NCBI RefSeq assembly: GCF_963921235.1 | Contig: NC_086097.1 | Span: 103,170,001-103,234,000 of the forward strand | Length of the DNA: 64,000 nucleotides | Source: Mobula hypostoma | Taxonomy: Eukaryota | Direction: 5' to 3' | Part shown: positions 11,745 through 24,659 of the stretch, piece by piece | Layout: each line of letters starts with the position of its first letter | Numbering within the stretch: position 1 is the stretch's first letter | The notes under the pieces: model-generated | The model's input: only the letters and a program-made list of their open reading frames with translations | The model's database searches: none | What the model was told of the DNA's origin: nothing | Translations under genes and position numbers: made by a program

Positions 11745-14539
11745 GAATCAAAGTTCAAAGTAAATTTGTTATCAAAGTTCATATGTCACCTTATACAACC
11801 CTGAGATTCATTTTCTTGTGGATATCCTTAATAAATCCATAATAGAATAATAACCATAATAGAATCAATGAAGGACCACACCACTGGGTGTTGAACTAGT
11901 TTGCAAAAAAACAACAAACTGTACAAATACAAGGAAATAACTAACTATTAAGAACATGAAGGTGAGTCCATAGGTTATGGGAACATTTCAATGATAGTGC
12001 AAATTAAGTTGACTGAAGTTATCCTCTTTGGTTGAGGGGTAATAACTATTCCTGAACCTGGTGCTTTGAGTCCTGAGCCCCCATACCATTTTACTGATGG
12101 CAGCAGTGAGAAGAGAGCATGATCTCAGTGGCGAGGGTCCCTGATGTTGGTTTTGCTTTCCTGCAACATCACTCAGTATGGATGTGCTCAGTGGGGGGAG
12201 GGCTTCACCCATGATGGACTGGGCTGTATCCACTACTTTTCGTAAGAATTTCCTTTCAGGGGCATTGGCATTTCTCATACCAAGCCATGATGTAGCCAAT
12301 CAATTCGCTCTCCACCACACATCTATAGAAACTGGTCAAAGTTTTAGATGTCATTCTGAATCTTTGCAAATTCCTAAGTAAGGGTGCTTTCTTCATAATT
12401 GCACTCGTGAGCTGGGCTCAGATTAGGTCCTCTGAAATATAACACCAAGGAATTTAAAGTTGCTGACCCTCTCCAGTTCTGATCATCTACTGAGGACTGG
12501 CTCATAAATCTCTGGTTTCCTCCTCCTGAAGTCAAATATCAGCACTTTGGTCTTGCTGACATGAGTAAGATGTTGTTGTTGTGGCACCACTCAGCCAGAG
12601 TTTCAATCTCCCTCCTATATGATAATTTGTCACCACCTTTGATTTGGCTTACAACAGTGCTGTCGTTGGCAAACTTGAAAAAGGCATTGAAGTTGTACTT
12701 AGCTACACAGTCATAAATGTAAAGTGAGTTGAGCAAGGGGTGTACCTGTGGTTCACCTGTGCTGATGGAAATTGTGGAGGAGATGTTGTTGCCAATCCGA
12801 ACTGACAAGGGTCCAAAAGGTAGGAAATCTAGGATCCAATTGCACAAAGAAGTATTGAGGCCACGGTCTTGAAGCTCTTTGATTAATTTTAAGGAGAATG
12901 ATGGTATTGAATGTCAAGCTGCAGTTGATAAAGAGCATCCTGATGTATGAACCTTTGCTGTTCAGATTACCAGAATTGAGTGAAGAGCCAATGAGGTGTC
13001 ATCAGCTGTGGACCTGTTGCTCTATTAGGCAAATTGGAGCGGAGCGGATCCAAGTCATTTCTCAGGCAGGAGTTGATGTGTTTCATCACCAACCTCTCAA
13101 AACCCTTGATCACTGTAGATGTAAGTGCTACTGGATGATGGTCACTAAAGCCTTTGTTCTTTGGCACTAGTATAAGTGAAGCCTGAGTTGGGTATCTCTG
13201 ACTGCTGAAGTGAGAGGCTAAAGATCTCAGTGAATACTCCACCCACATGATCTTTAGTTCTTGGCCAGGTACCCCATATGGTCCAGATGCGCTTTGTGGG
13301 TTCGCCCTCCCGAAGGTTGCTCACACATTGGCCTCAGAGACTGAAATCATAGGATCATCAGGGGCTGTGGGAGTTTGCAGTGGTTCCTCCATGTTTTGAC
13401 AGTCAAAGTGATTATAGAAGACATTGAGCTCAACTGGAAGCGAAGCCCTGATGTCACCTCTGTCGCTTGATTTTACTTTATAAGAGGTAATAATAGTAAA
13501 GCCCTGCTACATCTGTAGAGCATCCTTCATTGGTTTAAGTTTAATCCAGAATTGCCACTTCACCTGTGAAATGGCTTTTCAGATATTGTACCTGAACCAC
13601 TTGTAACTTTTATGATCAGCAGACTTGAATGTCTCTGATTTGGCCCTCAGCAGACTGCAGGTCTCGTGTTTCATCCAGGGCTTCTCATTGGGGAAGACTT
13701 TGAATGATTTTGTGGGGACACACTTGTCTAGAAATGTTTTTATATAGTCTGTGACAGCTATGGTGCATTGACTTGAGGCAATTCCGTAACTGCACCTTTG
13801 CGTCCTGCAACCACCTTTTTGTTATCCTAATCTCTGGGGCCTTGCTGTTTAGCCTCTGCCTGTATGCAATTAGGAGAAGGACAGCCAAGTGATCAGATTT
13901 CCCGAAATGCAAGCTGGGCACGGAATGGTAGGCATTCCTTGTGTCAGTATAACAGTGTTGGGACCTCGGGTGCTACAGCTTGTATGCTGATGATAATTGG
14001 GCAGAAATTTCTTCAGTTAAGCCTGGTTGAAGTCCCTGACTATCATTTGAAAAGTTTAGTCCATCCTTCAGGTTATTTGCTGTATCTAGTGTACTGAGAG
14101 TAAGCCATGTCTCAATAAATAAGCTCACAACAATCTTTCATTTTCCTGTGATACAGCAGTGTGCACCAGGGTCCTCAAATTTTGTTCTCTAGCGACTGCA
14201 CACTTGCCAACAAGATGCTGGGTAGAGAGGCTCTCATTCCTTTGTGATTCAGCCTGGCATGGAGTCTCTTCTCCACCCCCCCCCCCACTCACCTCTCTTC
14301 TGGTTGTGGTGCTAAACTTTCCTTCACTTAAAGTTGATGTACCTGCTAGCTTGAGAGTTAGGTCTGCTAAGTCCTTTAGAAGATCATGAAATCTATAGTT
14401 CATTAAGTCAACTTAAAAGTACATTGCTTAAAGGGAAATTACATGCTGCAAATTGCAGTGAGAGTAATTCAACAAAAGTATATTTGCAAGTGTTGTACGT
14501 AGCCCACAGAACGTTGCCATGGGTCGTTGGTGCCATCTT
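11745..14539 (-). mobile_element. Decayed near full-length Rex1/Babar LINE
   Basis: FGKSDH endonuclease motif, [21 protein letters not shown]. The 5' end begins AAGATGGC (gccatctt at 14532-14539). Confidence 0.85.
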
Positions 14540-14559
14540 GCCTCAAAATCTTAGTTTCA

Positions 14560-15226
14560 CAAGTCATTTATACTAATTATTTCAAAACATAAGTGCATTG
14601 AGGTAGTACAAGGAAAAGCACTGGCAGAATGTTGGATATAATGTTACAGTTACAGAGAAAGTGTCGTGCAGGTAGACAAGGTACAAAGGCCATAATAGCA
14701 TAAATTCTGAGAGTTCATCTTTAACATACAAGAGGTCTGTTTTAGAGCCTTATTACAGAGGAACAGAAGCTGTCCTTGTGCCTTGTGTGTTTTTACAAAC
14801 TTTTGTACCTTCTGCCCCATTCAAAGGGGAGAAAAGAGGTGGGGTTTTTGATTGTGCTGGTTGCTTTTCCAAGGCAGCAAGAAGTGTAAACAGTCTATGA
14901 AGGAGAGGTTGGTATTTGTGATATACTGAAAACTCTGCAATTTCTTGCAGTCATTGGAAGAGCAGTTGCCATTACCAAGCTGTGATGCATCGGATAGGAT
15001 GCTTTCAATGGTGGATCTTTAAAAAATTGGTGAGGGTCAATGGGGATATGCTGAATTTCATTAGCCATATGAGCAAGTAAAGGCACTGGTGTGCTTTTTT
15101 GGCCATAGTGTCTACATGGTTGAACCAGGGCAAACTATTGGTGATGTTTATGCCTTGGAGCTTGAAGGTCTCAATATCTCCAGCTCAACACCATCGATAT
15201 AGACAAAAGTGATTAATCTACCCCCT
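14560..15226 (-). mobile_element. Decayed Rex1/L2-like LINE 3' part, host of the Academ insertion; continues at about 19562-19740
   Basis: Resembles other Rex1 3' regions in the window. Resumes after the Academ with tcctgaagtcaat (IDFR on the minus strand). Confidence 0.6.
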
Positions 15227-15362
15227 TAGTCCTTGAGCCAGGACCCCAAATTTGGGCCACCGGTACCATCTGGGGGGAAATAATTCTTAGTAGTGATTTT
15301 TGGCAATGTATACACCCCTAGTGCTAGAAAATATGTGAAGGCATTGTGTTGGTGGTAGCTTT

Positions 15363-18300
15363 CTGTGAGGGAGGACTGGGAGTTGCACCTCCATGCTACA
15401 AGAACCATGATCCCATGGTGCTATGCCTATGATAACATGAATTATGCCAGGTACCTATCCTCTTACTTTGCTCAGATGATGAACCTCCCAGAGAAGAATC
15501 CTTCTGTGTATGAGGCCTTTAAGACAGGCCAATTCTCAGTGCAGCTGTCAAGTAACAATCCCTTTGGGCAGATCCCTCTGGACCAGGCTATTGAAGCCAC
15601 AGTGAACAAAGACACTCGGACTCCTGGAGGCACATCACGGTTCAGCCTGAATGCTGGAGCTATCAAGCGTTACTACATTACAGCTGAGCACCGCAGTGGA
15701 TTCCTAGGACAGTTGAGATGGTGCAAGACAACAAATCAGAGCTTTGTCATGCGGAGCTACAGCAGCCAAGAATCCAGAAACTTAAGGAAGCAGTTTCAGC
15801 AGTGGTTAGCCTCGTACATGAATGGGTCAACCCATTTGCAGAGAAGAGGGACCTCATTAGCATCTCTACGGCAAAGTCAGCCCCCAAGGACATTGCCTCT
15901 GACCTGATGAAGGCATATGAAATTGGTGAGCAATGCTATGCAACCTTCAAGGATGAGAGACTAGAGGAAGATCCACCAGCAAAGAAATTCCATGACCCAA
16001 TGAAAACCAAAAAGCTGAAAACATTCAGTGATACGTGTAAGAAGAGAGCAGTGAAATCAAATAGGAGGGTGATCATCTTAAAAGCAGACAGGTCTTTGTT
16101 TGGACGCATCATAGTGATGGCACAAGGGCGCAGTCTACGTATGGAGGATATCCTTTCTCATCCCCTTGGACCATTGCCCTGGGCCCTGTCCACACCAGAA
16201 GAATTGTTGAGAAAGACAAATAAAGCTACTTTAGCCACAACCTTGCAGAAAAATGTAGTAGTAGAAGAGCATCTCCCAGGAAACTCTGCTACAGTGGTTG
16301 ATGGAATGAACTTGGTCCAAAGAGTGAAAGGTGATTAAGTTACTTTCAGAGATGTTGCCACAACAATTCTGGGTATTGCTCTGAGGGAAGGCAGTCAGAG
16401 TAGCAGAATAGATGTTGTGTTCAACGCAAAAAAGGAGACCTCTATCAAGAACAGTGAAAGATCTCTATGGGGTGAAGAGACTGGTCATGAGTTACAAGGT
16501 ATCACAGGCACACAGACGGTGAGGCAGTGGAGGAGCTTCCTAACCAAAGTCAGTAAGAAAAATAGTCTCATTAGCTTTATAGTCCACGAATGGAGGAAGG
16601 CGGAGTACAGAGCAAAGCTACAGGAGAAGATTCTGTGTGCAACTGTGAAGGGCAAATCTTACAGAATCACACCTCAAGACAGTGAGGAGGTGTCAGCTCT
16701 TCAGTGTCAACAAGAAGAAGCAGATGGCTGCCTACTTCGCCATGCTGCCCATGCCACAAGAGAGGGATACCAATCTGTAGTGATCTGCTCAGAAGACACA
16801 GATGTCTTTATCATGTCTTTAGCATTTTGTGACAAGATTGAGGCCCCACTGTTCCAGAAGTGTGGCACTAGAACCCATTCAAGGCTTGTAGACATCAGGA
16901 AGGTTGCTGCCACTGTTGGCATAGAGGTTTGTAGGGCTCTCATCGGGTTGCACGCATATACAGGATGTGACACTGTGAGCACTTTTGTGGGCAAAGGGAA
17001 GACAAGTGCTCTAAAACTTCTGGACAGCAATAGGGAAACTCAGGACACATTCTTAGAGTTGGGTCAGGAATGGGACCTCTCCCCAGAACTGATGGACAAA
17101 CTGGAGGCATTTACATGTCCCAAAAACATCGACCACCATGGTCAATGAGCTCAGGTATCACCTTTTCTGTGCCAAAAAAGGTGAAATTGAAAGTCATCAA
17201 CTCACACCATGCTAGGACTGCTTAACAAAACATGCACAGCGAGCCAACTACCAGGCTGGTATATGGAAAAGATGTTTGGAGAATAGACAATAAACAATAG
17301 GTGCAGGAGTAGGCCATTCAGCCCTTCGAGCCAGCACCGCCATTCACTGTGATCATGGCTGATCATCCACAATCAGTATCCAGTTCCTGCCTTATCCCCA
17401 TAACCTTTGATTCCACGATCTTTAAGAGCTCTATCCATCTCTTTCTTGAAAGCATCCAGAGACTTGGCCTCCACAGCCTTCTGGGGCAGAGCATTCCATA
17501 TATCCACCACTCTCTGGGTGAAAAAGTTTTTCCTCAACTCCGTTCTAAATGGCCTACCCCTTATTTTTAAACTGTGGCCTCTGGTTCTGGACTCACCCAT
17601 CAGCGGGAACATGCTTCCTGCCTTCAGCGTGTCCAATCCCTTAATAATCGTATATGTTTCAGTAAGATCCCCTCTCATCCTTCTAAATTCCAGAGTATAC
17701 AAGCCCAGTCTCTCCAATCTTTCGACATATGACAGTCCCGCCATCCCGGGAATTAACCTTGTGAACCTACGCTGCACTCCCTCAATAGCAAGAATGTCCT
17801 TCCTCAAATTTGGAGACCAAAACTGCACACAGTACTCCAGATGTGGTCTCATCAGGGCCCTGTACAGCTGCAGAAGGACCTCTTTGCTCTTATACTCAAT
17901 TCCCCTTGTTATGAAGGCCAGCATGCCATTAGCTTTCTTCACTGCCTGCTGTACTTGCATGCTTGCTTTCAGTGGCTGATGTTCAAGAACACCTAGATCT
18001 CGTTGTGCTTCCCCTTTTCCTAACTTGACTCCATTTAGATAATAATCTGCCTTTCCGTTCTTGCCACCAAAGTGGATAACCTCACATTTATCCACATTAA
18101 ACTGCATCTGCCATGCATCTGCCCACTCACCCAGCCTGTCCAAGTCACCCTGTATTCTCATAGCATCCTCCGCACATTTCACACTGCCACCCAGCTTTGT
18201 GTCATTGGCAAATTTGCTAATGTTACTTTTAATTCCCTCATCTAAATCATTAATATATATTGTAAATAGCTGCAGTCCCAGTCCCAACCCTGCAGTACCC

Positions 18301-19065
18301 CACTGGTCACTGCCTGCCATTCCGAAAGGGACCCATTGATTGCTACTCTTTGTTTTCTGTCAGCCATCCAATTTTCAATCCATGTCAGTACTCTGCTCCC
18401 AATACCATGTGGCCTAATTTTGCCCACTAATCTCCTATGTGGGACTTTATCAAAGGCTTTCTGAAAGTCCAGGTACACTACATCCACTGGCTCTCCCTTG
18501 TCCATTTTCATAGTTACATCCTTAAAAAATTCCAGAAGATTAGTCGAGCACGATTTCCCCTTCGTAAATCCATGCTGACTCAGACCAATCCTGTTACTGC
18601 TATCCAGATGTGTTGTAATTTCATCTTTTATAATTGACTCCAGCATCTTTCCCACCACAGACGTCAGGCTAACTGGTCTATAATTCCCTGTTTTCTCTCT
18701 TCTTCCCTTCTTGAAGTGAGGGACAGCATTAGCCACCCTCCAATCCACAGGAACTGATCCTGAATCTATAGAACATTGGAAAATGATTACCAATGTGTCC
18801 ATGATTTCTAAAGCCACCTCCTTAAGTACCCTGGGATGATGGAAGGGCCCACAAGTGCCAAGCCCTGTTGGCAGAGGATGGAAGATGGAGAGAGAAGAGG
18901 AAGTTGAACAGTTGATGGTGCACTGGATGGAAGGCCAGCCAGCACCCGATGCTGTCCTGGATTTACTGGCCTGTAACTGTCCAAAAAAATGTTCACTCCC
19001 AAGATGTATGTGTGTTGCAGAATAGCCTCAGGTGTACTGACATGTGTAGACTGGCAGACTGTGAG
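15363..19065 (+). pseudogene. Academ transposase-XPG-Cys8 polyprotein pseudogene (N-terminus missing)
   Basis: Motifs NYARY, DQAIEATVNK, VVDGM, QEEADG, SEDTDV, HAYTGCDTVSTFVGKGK, VNELRY, HAQRANYQAGIW; after the CR1 insert, PSPVGRGW and CNCxxxCxxxxCxC..CTDMCxxxxC (18972-19062). Frameshifts near 15717, 17118 and 19020; stops at 16336 and about 17213. Confidence 0.85.
17284..18840 (-). mobile_element. 5'-truncated CR1 LINE inserted into the Academ ORF
   Basis: RT and C-terminal ORFs at 17373-18320 and 18242-18817; tail (tagacaataaacaatag) at 17284. Academ coding sequence rejoins in frame across it (CLE-K-GPQVPSP). Confidence 0.93.
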
Positions 19066-19871
19066 GACCAGGCATCCACCTCAGAGAGTGACTTGGAAAA
19101 TTATTATGGTTACTAGGTTATGAAAGTATGGAAAACAAAGTATGCAAAGCAGTCTTTGATTAAATATATTAATTTTACAACCAAATGGAGCCTAGGTTAT
19201 GGCTGTGTGGAACCCCGCATTTGAATTATTGTACTGTAATTCTATATGCTATGACAAAAGCTTAAGATTGTTTTGATTTGATACAACAATATGGAAAATA
19301 TTATGACATTGATAAAACTCCAGAAATCTCTCCAAATGAGGTTTTTTACCTTTTGGGGGGTGGGGTGACATCTTCTGCTGTACTGATGTTAATATGGAAT
19401 ATATACAAAAAGTGATTATTTATTTGAAGTGATAAAGCTACCACTGGTGCAATGCTATCACATGTTTTCTAACTCCAGAGATGTATACCTTGCCAAAAAT
19501 CACTATGAACATTATTCCCCTCAGATGGTACCGACCAACCCTACTGGCTTACGGACTACCTGTCCTGAAGTCAATGGCTGGCTCTTTTCCTTTGCTGACT
19601 TTCAAGGAAAGGTTGTTGTCCTGACACCATGCCATTTGATTCTCATCTCCTTCCTCTACAAAGTCACGTCATTATTTGAAATTTGACGTACTGTGGTGGT
19701 GTCAATTGTGAACTTGTAAAAGAAGTCAGAGCAGAATATGTTGCAGTAATAACTTCTTTAGCAAGAAAAATTTTATGAAAATAGTTCAGAATATTGCATA
19801 TAATGTAATTGGAGTTGTTGCTCCTGTACTTGGATATATACTTGTTTGTTCCATAAAAGATGTAAAACTGC

Positions 19872-21007
19872 AACTATAACCATATAACAATTACAGCACG
19901 GAAACAGGCCATCTCGGCCCTTCTAGTCCATGCCGAACGCTCACCTAGACCCATCTACCTGCACTCAGCCCATAACCCTCCATTCCTTTCCTGTCCATAT
20001 CCCTATCCAATTTTTTTTAAAATGACAAAATCGAACCTGCCTCTACCACTTCTACTGGAAGCTCGTTCCACACAGCCACCACTCTCTGAGTAAAGAAGCT
20101 CCCCCTCGTGTTACCCCTAAACTTTTGCCCCTTAACTCTCAACTCATGTCCTCTTGTTTGAATCTCCCCTACTCTCAATGGAAAAAGCCTATCCACGTCA
20201 ACTCTATCTATCCCCCTCATAATTTTAAATACCTCCATCAAGTCCCCCCTCAACCTTCTACGCTCCAAAGAATAAAGATCTAACTTGTTCAACCTTTCTC
20301 TGTAACTTAAATGCTGAAACCCAGGTAACATTCCAGTAAAACTCCTCTGTACTCTCTCTATTTTGTTGACATCTTTTCTATAATTCGGTGACCAGAACTG
20401 TACACAATACTCCAAAATTGGCCTGAGCAATGCCTTGTACAATTTTAACATTACATCCCAACTCCTATACTCAGTGCTCTGATTTATAAAGGCCAGCATA
20501 CCAAAAGCTTTCTTTACCACCCTATCCACATGAGATTCCACCTTCAGGGAACAATGCACCATTATTCCTAGATCCCTCTGTTCTACTGCATTCCTCAGTG
20601 CCCTACCATTTACCATGTATGTCCTATTTTGATTAGTCCTACCAAAATGTAGCACCTCACACTTATCAGCATTAAACTCCATCTGCTATCTTTCAGCCCA
20701 CTCTTCTAACTGGCCCAAATCTCTCTGCAAGCTTTGAACACCTACTTCATTATCAACAATGCCACCTATCTTAGTATCATCTGCATACTTACTAAACCAA
20801 TCTACCACCCCATCATCCAGATCATTAATATATATGACAAACAACATTGGACCCAGTACAGATCCCTGGGGCACACCACTAGTCACCGACCTCCAACCTG
20901 ACAAACAATTATCCACCACTACTCTCTGGCATCTCCCATCCAGCCATTGTTGAATCCATTTTACTACTTCAATATTAATACCTAACGATTGAACCTTCCT
21001 AACTAAC
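19872..21007 (-). mobile_element. 5'-truncated CR1 LINE
   Basis: ORFs at 20017-20682 and 20686-20919 (GVPQGSVLGP, YADD, RPILEYC); aaccatat-type tail. Confidence 0.92.
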
Positions 21008-24000
21008 CATAGAAACTACAGCACAGAAACAGGCCCTTTGGCCCTTCTTGGCTGTGCCGAACCATTTTCTGCCCAGTCCCACTGACCTGCACACGGACCA
21101 TATCCCTCCATACACCTCCCATCCATGTATCTGTCCAATTTATTCTTAAATGTTAAAAAAGAACCCGCATTTACCACCTCGTCTGGCAGCTCATTCCATA
21201 CTCCCACCACTCTCTGTGTGAAGAAGCCCCCCCCTAATGTTCCCTTTAAACTTTTCCCCCCTCACCCTTAACCCATGTCCTCTGGTTTTTTTCTCCCCTT
21301 GCCTCAGTGGAAAAAGCCTGCTTGCATTCACTCTATCTATACCCATCATAATTTTATATACCTCTATCAAATCTCCCCTCATTCTTCTACGCTCCAGGGA
21401 ATAAAGTCCTAACCTATTCAACCTTTCTCTGTAACTGAGTTTCTCAAGTCCCGGCAACATCCTTGTAAACCTTTTCTGCACTCTTTCAACCTTATTTATA
21501 TCCTTCCTATAATTTGGTGACCAAAACTGAACACAATACTCCAGATTCGGCCTCACCAAAGCCTTATACAACCTCATCATAACATTCCAGCTCTTATACT
21601 CAATACTTTGATTAATAAAGGCCAATGTACCAAAAGCTCTCTTTACGACCCTATCTACCTGTGACGACACTTTTAGGGAATTTTGTATCTGTATTCCCAG
21701 ATCCCTCTGTTCCACTGCACTCCTCAGTGCCTTACCATTAACCCTGTATGTTCTACGTTGGTTTGTCTTTTCAACTTGCAATACCTCACAGTACTAAACT
21801 CCATCTGCCATTTTTCAGCCCATTTTTCCAGCTGGTCCAAGTCCCTCTGCAGGCTCTGAAAACCTTCCTCACTGTCTACTACACCTCCAATCTTTGTATC
21901 ATCAGCAAACTTGCTGATCCAATTTACCACATTATCATCCAGATCATTGATATAGATGACAAATAACAATGGACCTAGCACTGATCCCTGTGGCACACCA
22001 CTAGTCACAGGACTAGTGTAACCTTCCGTGTGGAACCTTGTCAGAGGCCTTACTGAAGTCCATATAGACAACATCCACTGCTTTATCCTCGTCAACTTTC
22101 TTAGTAACCTCATCAAAAAATTCAATAAGATTTGTCAAACATAATCTTCCATGTTGACTGTTCCTAATCAGACCCTGTCTATCCAGATAATTATATATAC
22201 CATCTGTAAGAATACTTACCATCAATTAACCCACCACTGACGTCAAACTTACTTTGCTAGGTTTACTCTTAGATCCCATTTTAAACAATGGAACAACATG
22301 AGCAATACGCCAATCCTCTGGCACCAATCTTGTTTCTAATGACATTTGAAATATTTCTGTCCAAGCCCCTGCTATTTCTACATTAACTTCCCTCAAGGTC
22401 CTAGGGAATATCCTATTAGGACCCGGAGACTTATCCACTTTTATATTCCTTATAAGCGCCAGTACTTCCTCTTCTATAATCATCATAGTTTCCATAACTA
22501 CCCTACTTGTTTCCCTTACCTTACACAATTCAATACCCTTCTTCTTAGTGAATACTGAAGAAAAGAAATTGTTCGAAATCTCCCCCATCTCTTTTGGCTC
22601 CACACATAGCTGTCCACTCTGATTCTCTAAGGGACCAATTTTATCCCTCACTATCCTTTTGCTATTAGTATAACTGTAGAAATGCTTTGGATTTATTTTC
22701 ACCTTACTTGCCAAAGCAACCTTATGTCTTCTTTTAGCTTTCCTAATCTCTTTCTTAAGATTCTTTTTACATTCTTTATATTCCTTGAGCACCTCATTTA
22801 CTCCATGCTTCCTATATTTATTGTAGATCTCTTTCTTTTTCTGAACTAAGTTTCCAATATCTCTTGAAAACCATGGCTCTCTCAAACTTTTAACCTTTCC
22901 TTTCAACCTAACAGGAACATAAAGATTCCGTACCCTCAAAATTTCACCTTTAAATGACCTCCATTTCTCTATTACATCCTTCCCATAAAACAAATTGTTG
23001 CAATCCACTCCTTCTAAATCCTTTTGCATCTCCTCAAAGTTAGCCTTTCTCCAATCAAAAATCTCAACCCTGGGTCCAGGCCTATCCTTCTCCATAATTA
23101 TATTGAAACTTATGGCATTGTGATCACTGGACCCGAAGTGCTCCCCAACACATACCTCCGTCACCTGACCTATCTCATTCCCTAACAGAAGATCCAACAC
23201 TGCCCCTTCTCTAGTTGGTACCTCTATGTATTGCTGCAAAAAACTATCCTGCACACATTTTACAAACTTCAAACCATCCAGCCCTTTTACAGATTGGGCT
23301 TCCCAGTCTATGTGTGGAAAATTAAAATCTCCCACAATTACAACTTGTGCTTACTACAAATATCCGCTATCTCCTTACAAATTTGCTCCTCCAATTCTCG
23401 CTCCCCATTAGGTGGTCTATAATATATCCCTATAAGCGTTACTACACCTTTCCCATTCCTCAATTCCACCCAAATAGCCTCCCTAGACGAGCTCTTTAAT
23501 CTATCCTGCCAAAGCACCGCTGTAATGTTTTCCTCTGACAAGCAATGCAACACCTCCCCCTCTTGCCCCTCCGATTCTATCACACCTGAAGCTGAAATCC
23601 AGGAATATTTAGTTGCCAATCACACCCCTCCTGCAACCATGTTTCACTAATAGCTACAACATCATATTTCCAGGTATCAATCCATGCTCTAAGCTGATCC
23701 ACCTTTCTTACAATGCTCCTAGCATTAAAATAGATGCATTTAAGAAACTCTCCACCTCTTACTTTCTGTTTATCCCTAATGGTGCAAACAACTTTATTAT
23801 CTTTTTCTTCCTTCTCCCCTACATCTTCGGTCTGAGCACTCCCCTTCTCTGTCACCTGCCTATCCTCCCTCACACACTGTCTACTAGCTTTCTGTATTTG
23901 TGAACTAACCTCCTCTCTCCTAGTCTCTTCAATTTAATTCCCCCCCCCAACCATTCTAGTTTAAAGTCTCCCCAGTAGCCTTCGCAAATCTCCCCAAAAG

Positions 24001-24324
24001 GATATTGGTCCCCCTAGGATTCAAGTGCAACCTGTCCTTTTTGTACAGGTCACACCTGCCCCAAAGAGGTCCCAATGATCCAGAAACTTGAATCCCTGTC
24101 CCCTGCTCCAATCCGTCAGCCATGCATTTACCCTACATCTCATTGCATTCCTACTCTCACTGTCGCGTGGAGATTACTACCTTTGCGGTCCTTCTTCTCA
24201 ACTCCCTTCCTAACTCCCTATATTCTCCTTTCAGGATCTCTTCCCTTTTCCTACCTATGTCATTGGTACCTATATGTAACACAACCTCTGGCTCCTCACC
24301 CTCCCACTTCAGGATATCTTGGAC
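21008..24324 (-). mobile_element. CR1 LINE (partial ORF1 plus disrupted ORF2), abutting the previous copy
   Basis: ORFs 21191-23873 with endonuclease (YFNARSI, SETWL, MGDFN, SDH) and RT motifs; esterase remnant HIGTND at 24157-24348. Confidence 0.93.
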
Positions 24325-24659
24325 TATTTTCATTGTTACGTTTGACATTAGAATGAATGGATTTTAGTTTCATTTGATGCCTGTTTATTGCATGATCCTC
24401 CATAAATCTGTTCCACTAAAGTCGAAAATGTCAAAATGATTGCTACTGTAGAGTTTTAAATGTGCATCTAGCCATGTTGTGACGCGGCTGCAGTTTTAAA
24501 TTATTATATACTGTAAAAAAAAATATATAAATGATGACTTTTATCATGGTAAATCAATATTTTATGTAAACCCACGTGGAAAAATACATGAAAATCTTGG
24601 TACAGGAATATTATTTAGAGGAAAATAAATGCACCAACTTCTATTGAAAGTAAAGGTTA

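Larger units (their letters stand above)
15227..19558 (+). mobile_element. Academ superfamily DNA transposon (XPG-type, AcademX), internally deleted and interrupted by CR1
   Basis: Termini TAGTCC...GGACTA. Imperfect TIRs at about 15227-15362 and 19434-19558. CCT at 15224-15226 and 19559-19561 (3-bp TSD). Encodes a transposase C-terminal part, an XPG/FEN1-like nuclease and a Cys8 finger, which is the architecture described for Academ. Confidence 0.85.

Noticed and set aside
15365..17148. Host FEN1/XPG/asteroid-like gene or domesticated gene
   Set aside because: It is intronless, has frameshifts and stops, and is enclosed by TIRs and a TSD, so it is a transposon pseudogene.
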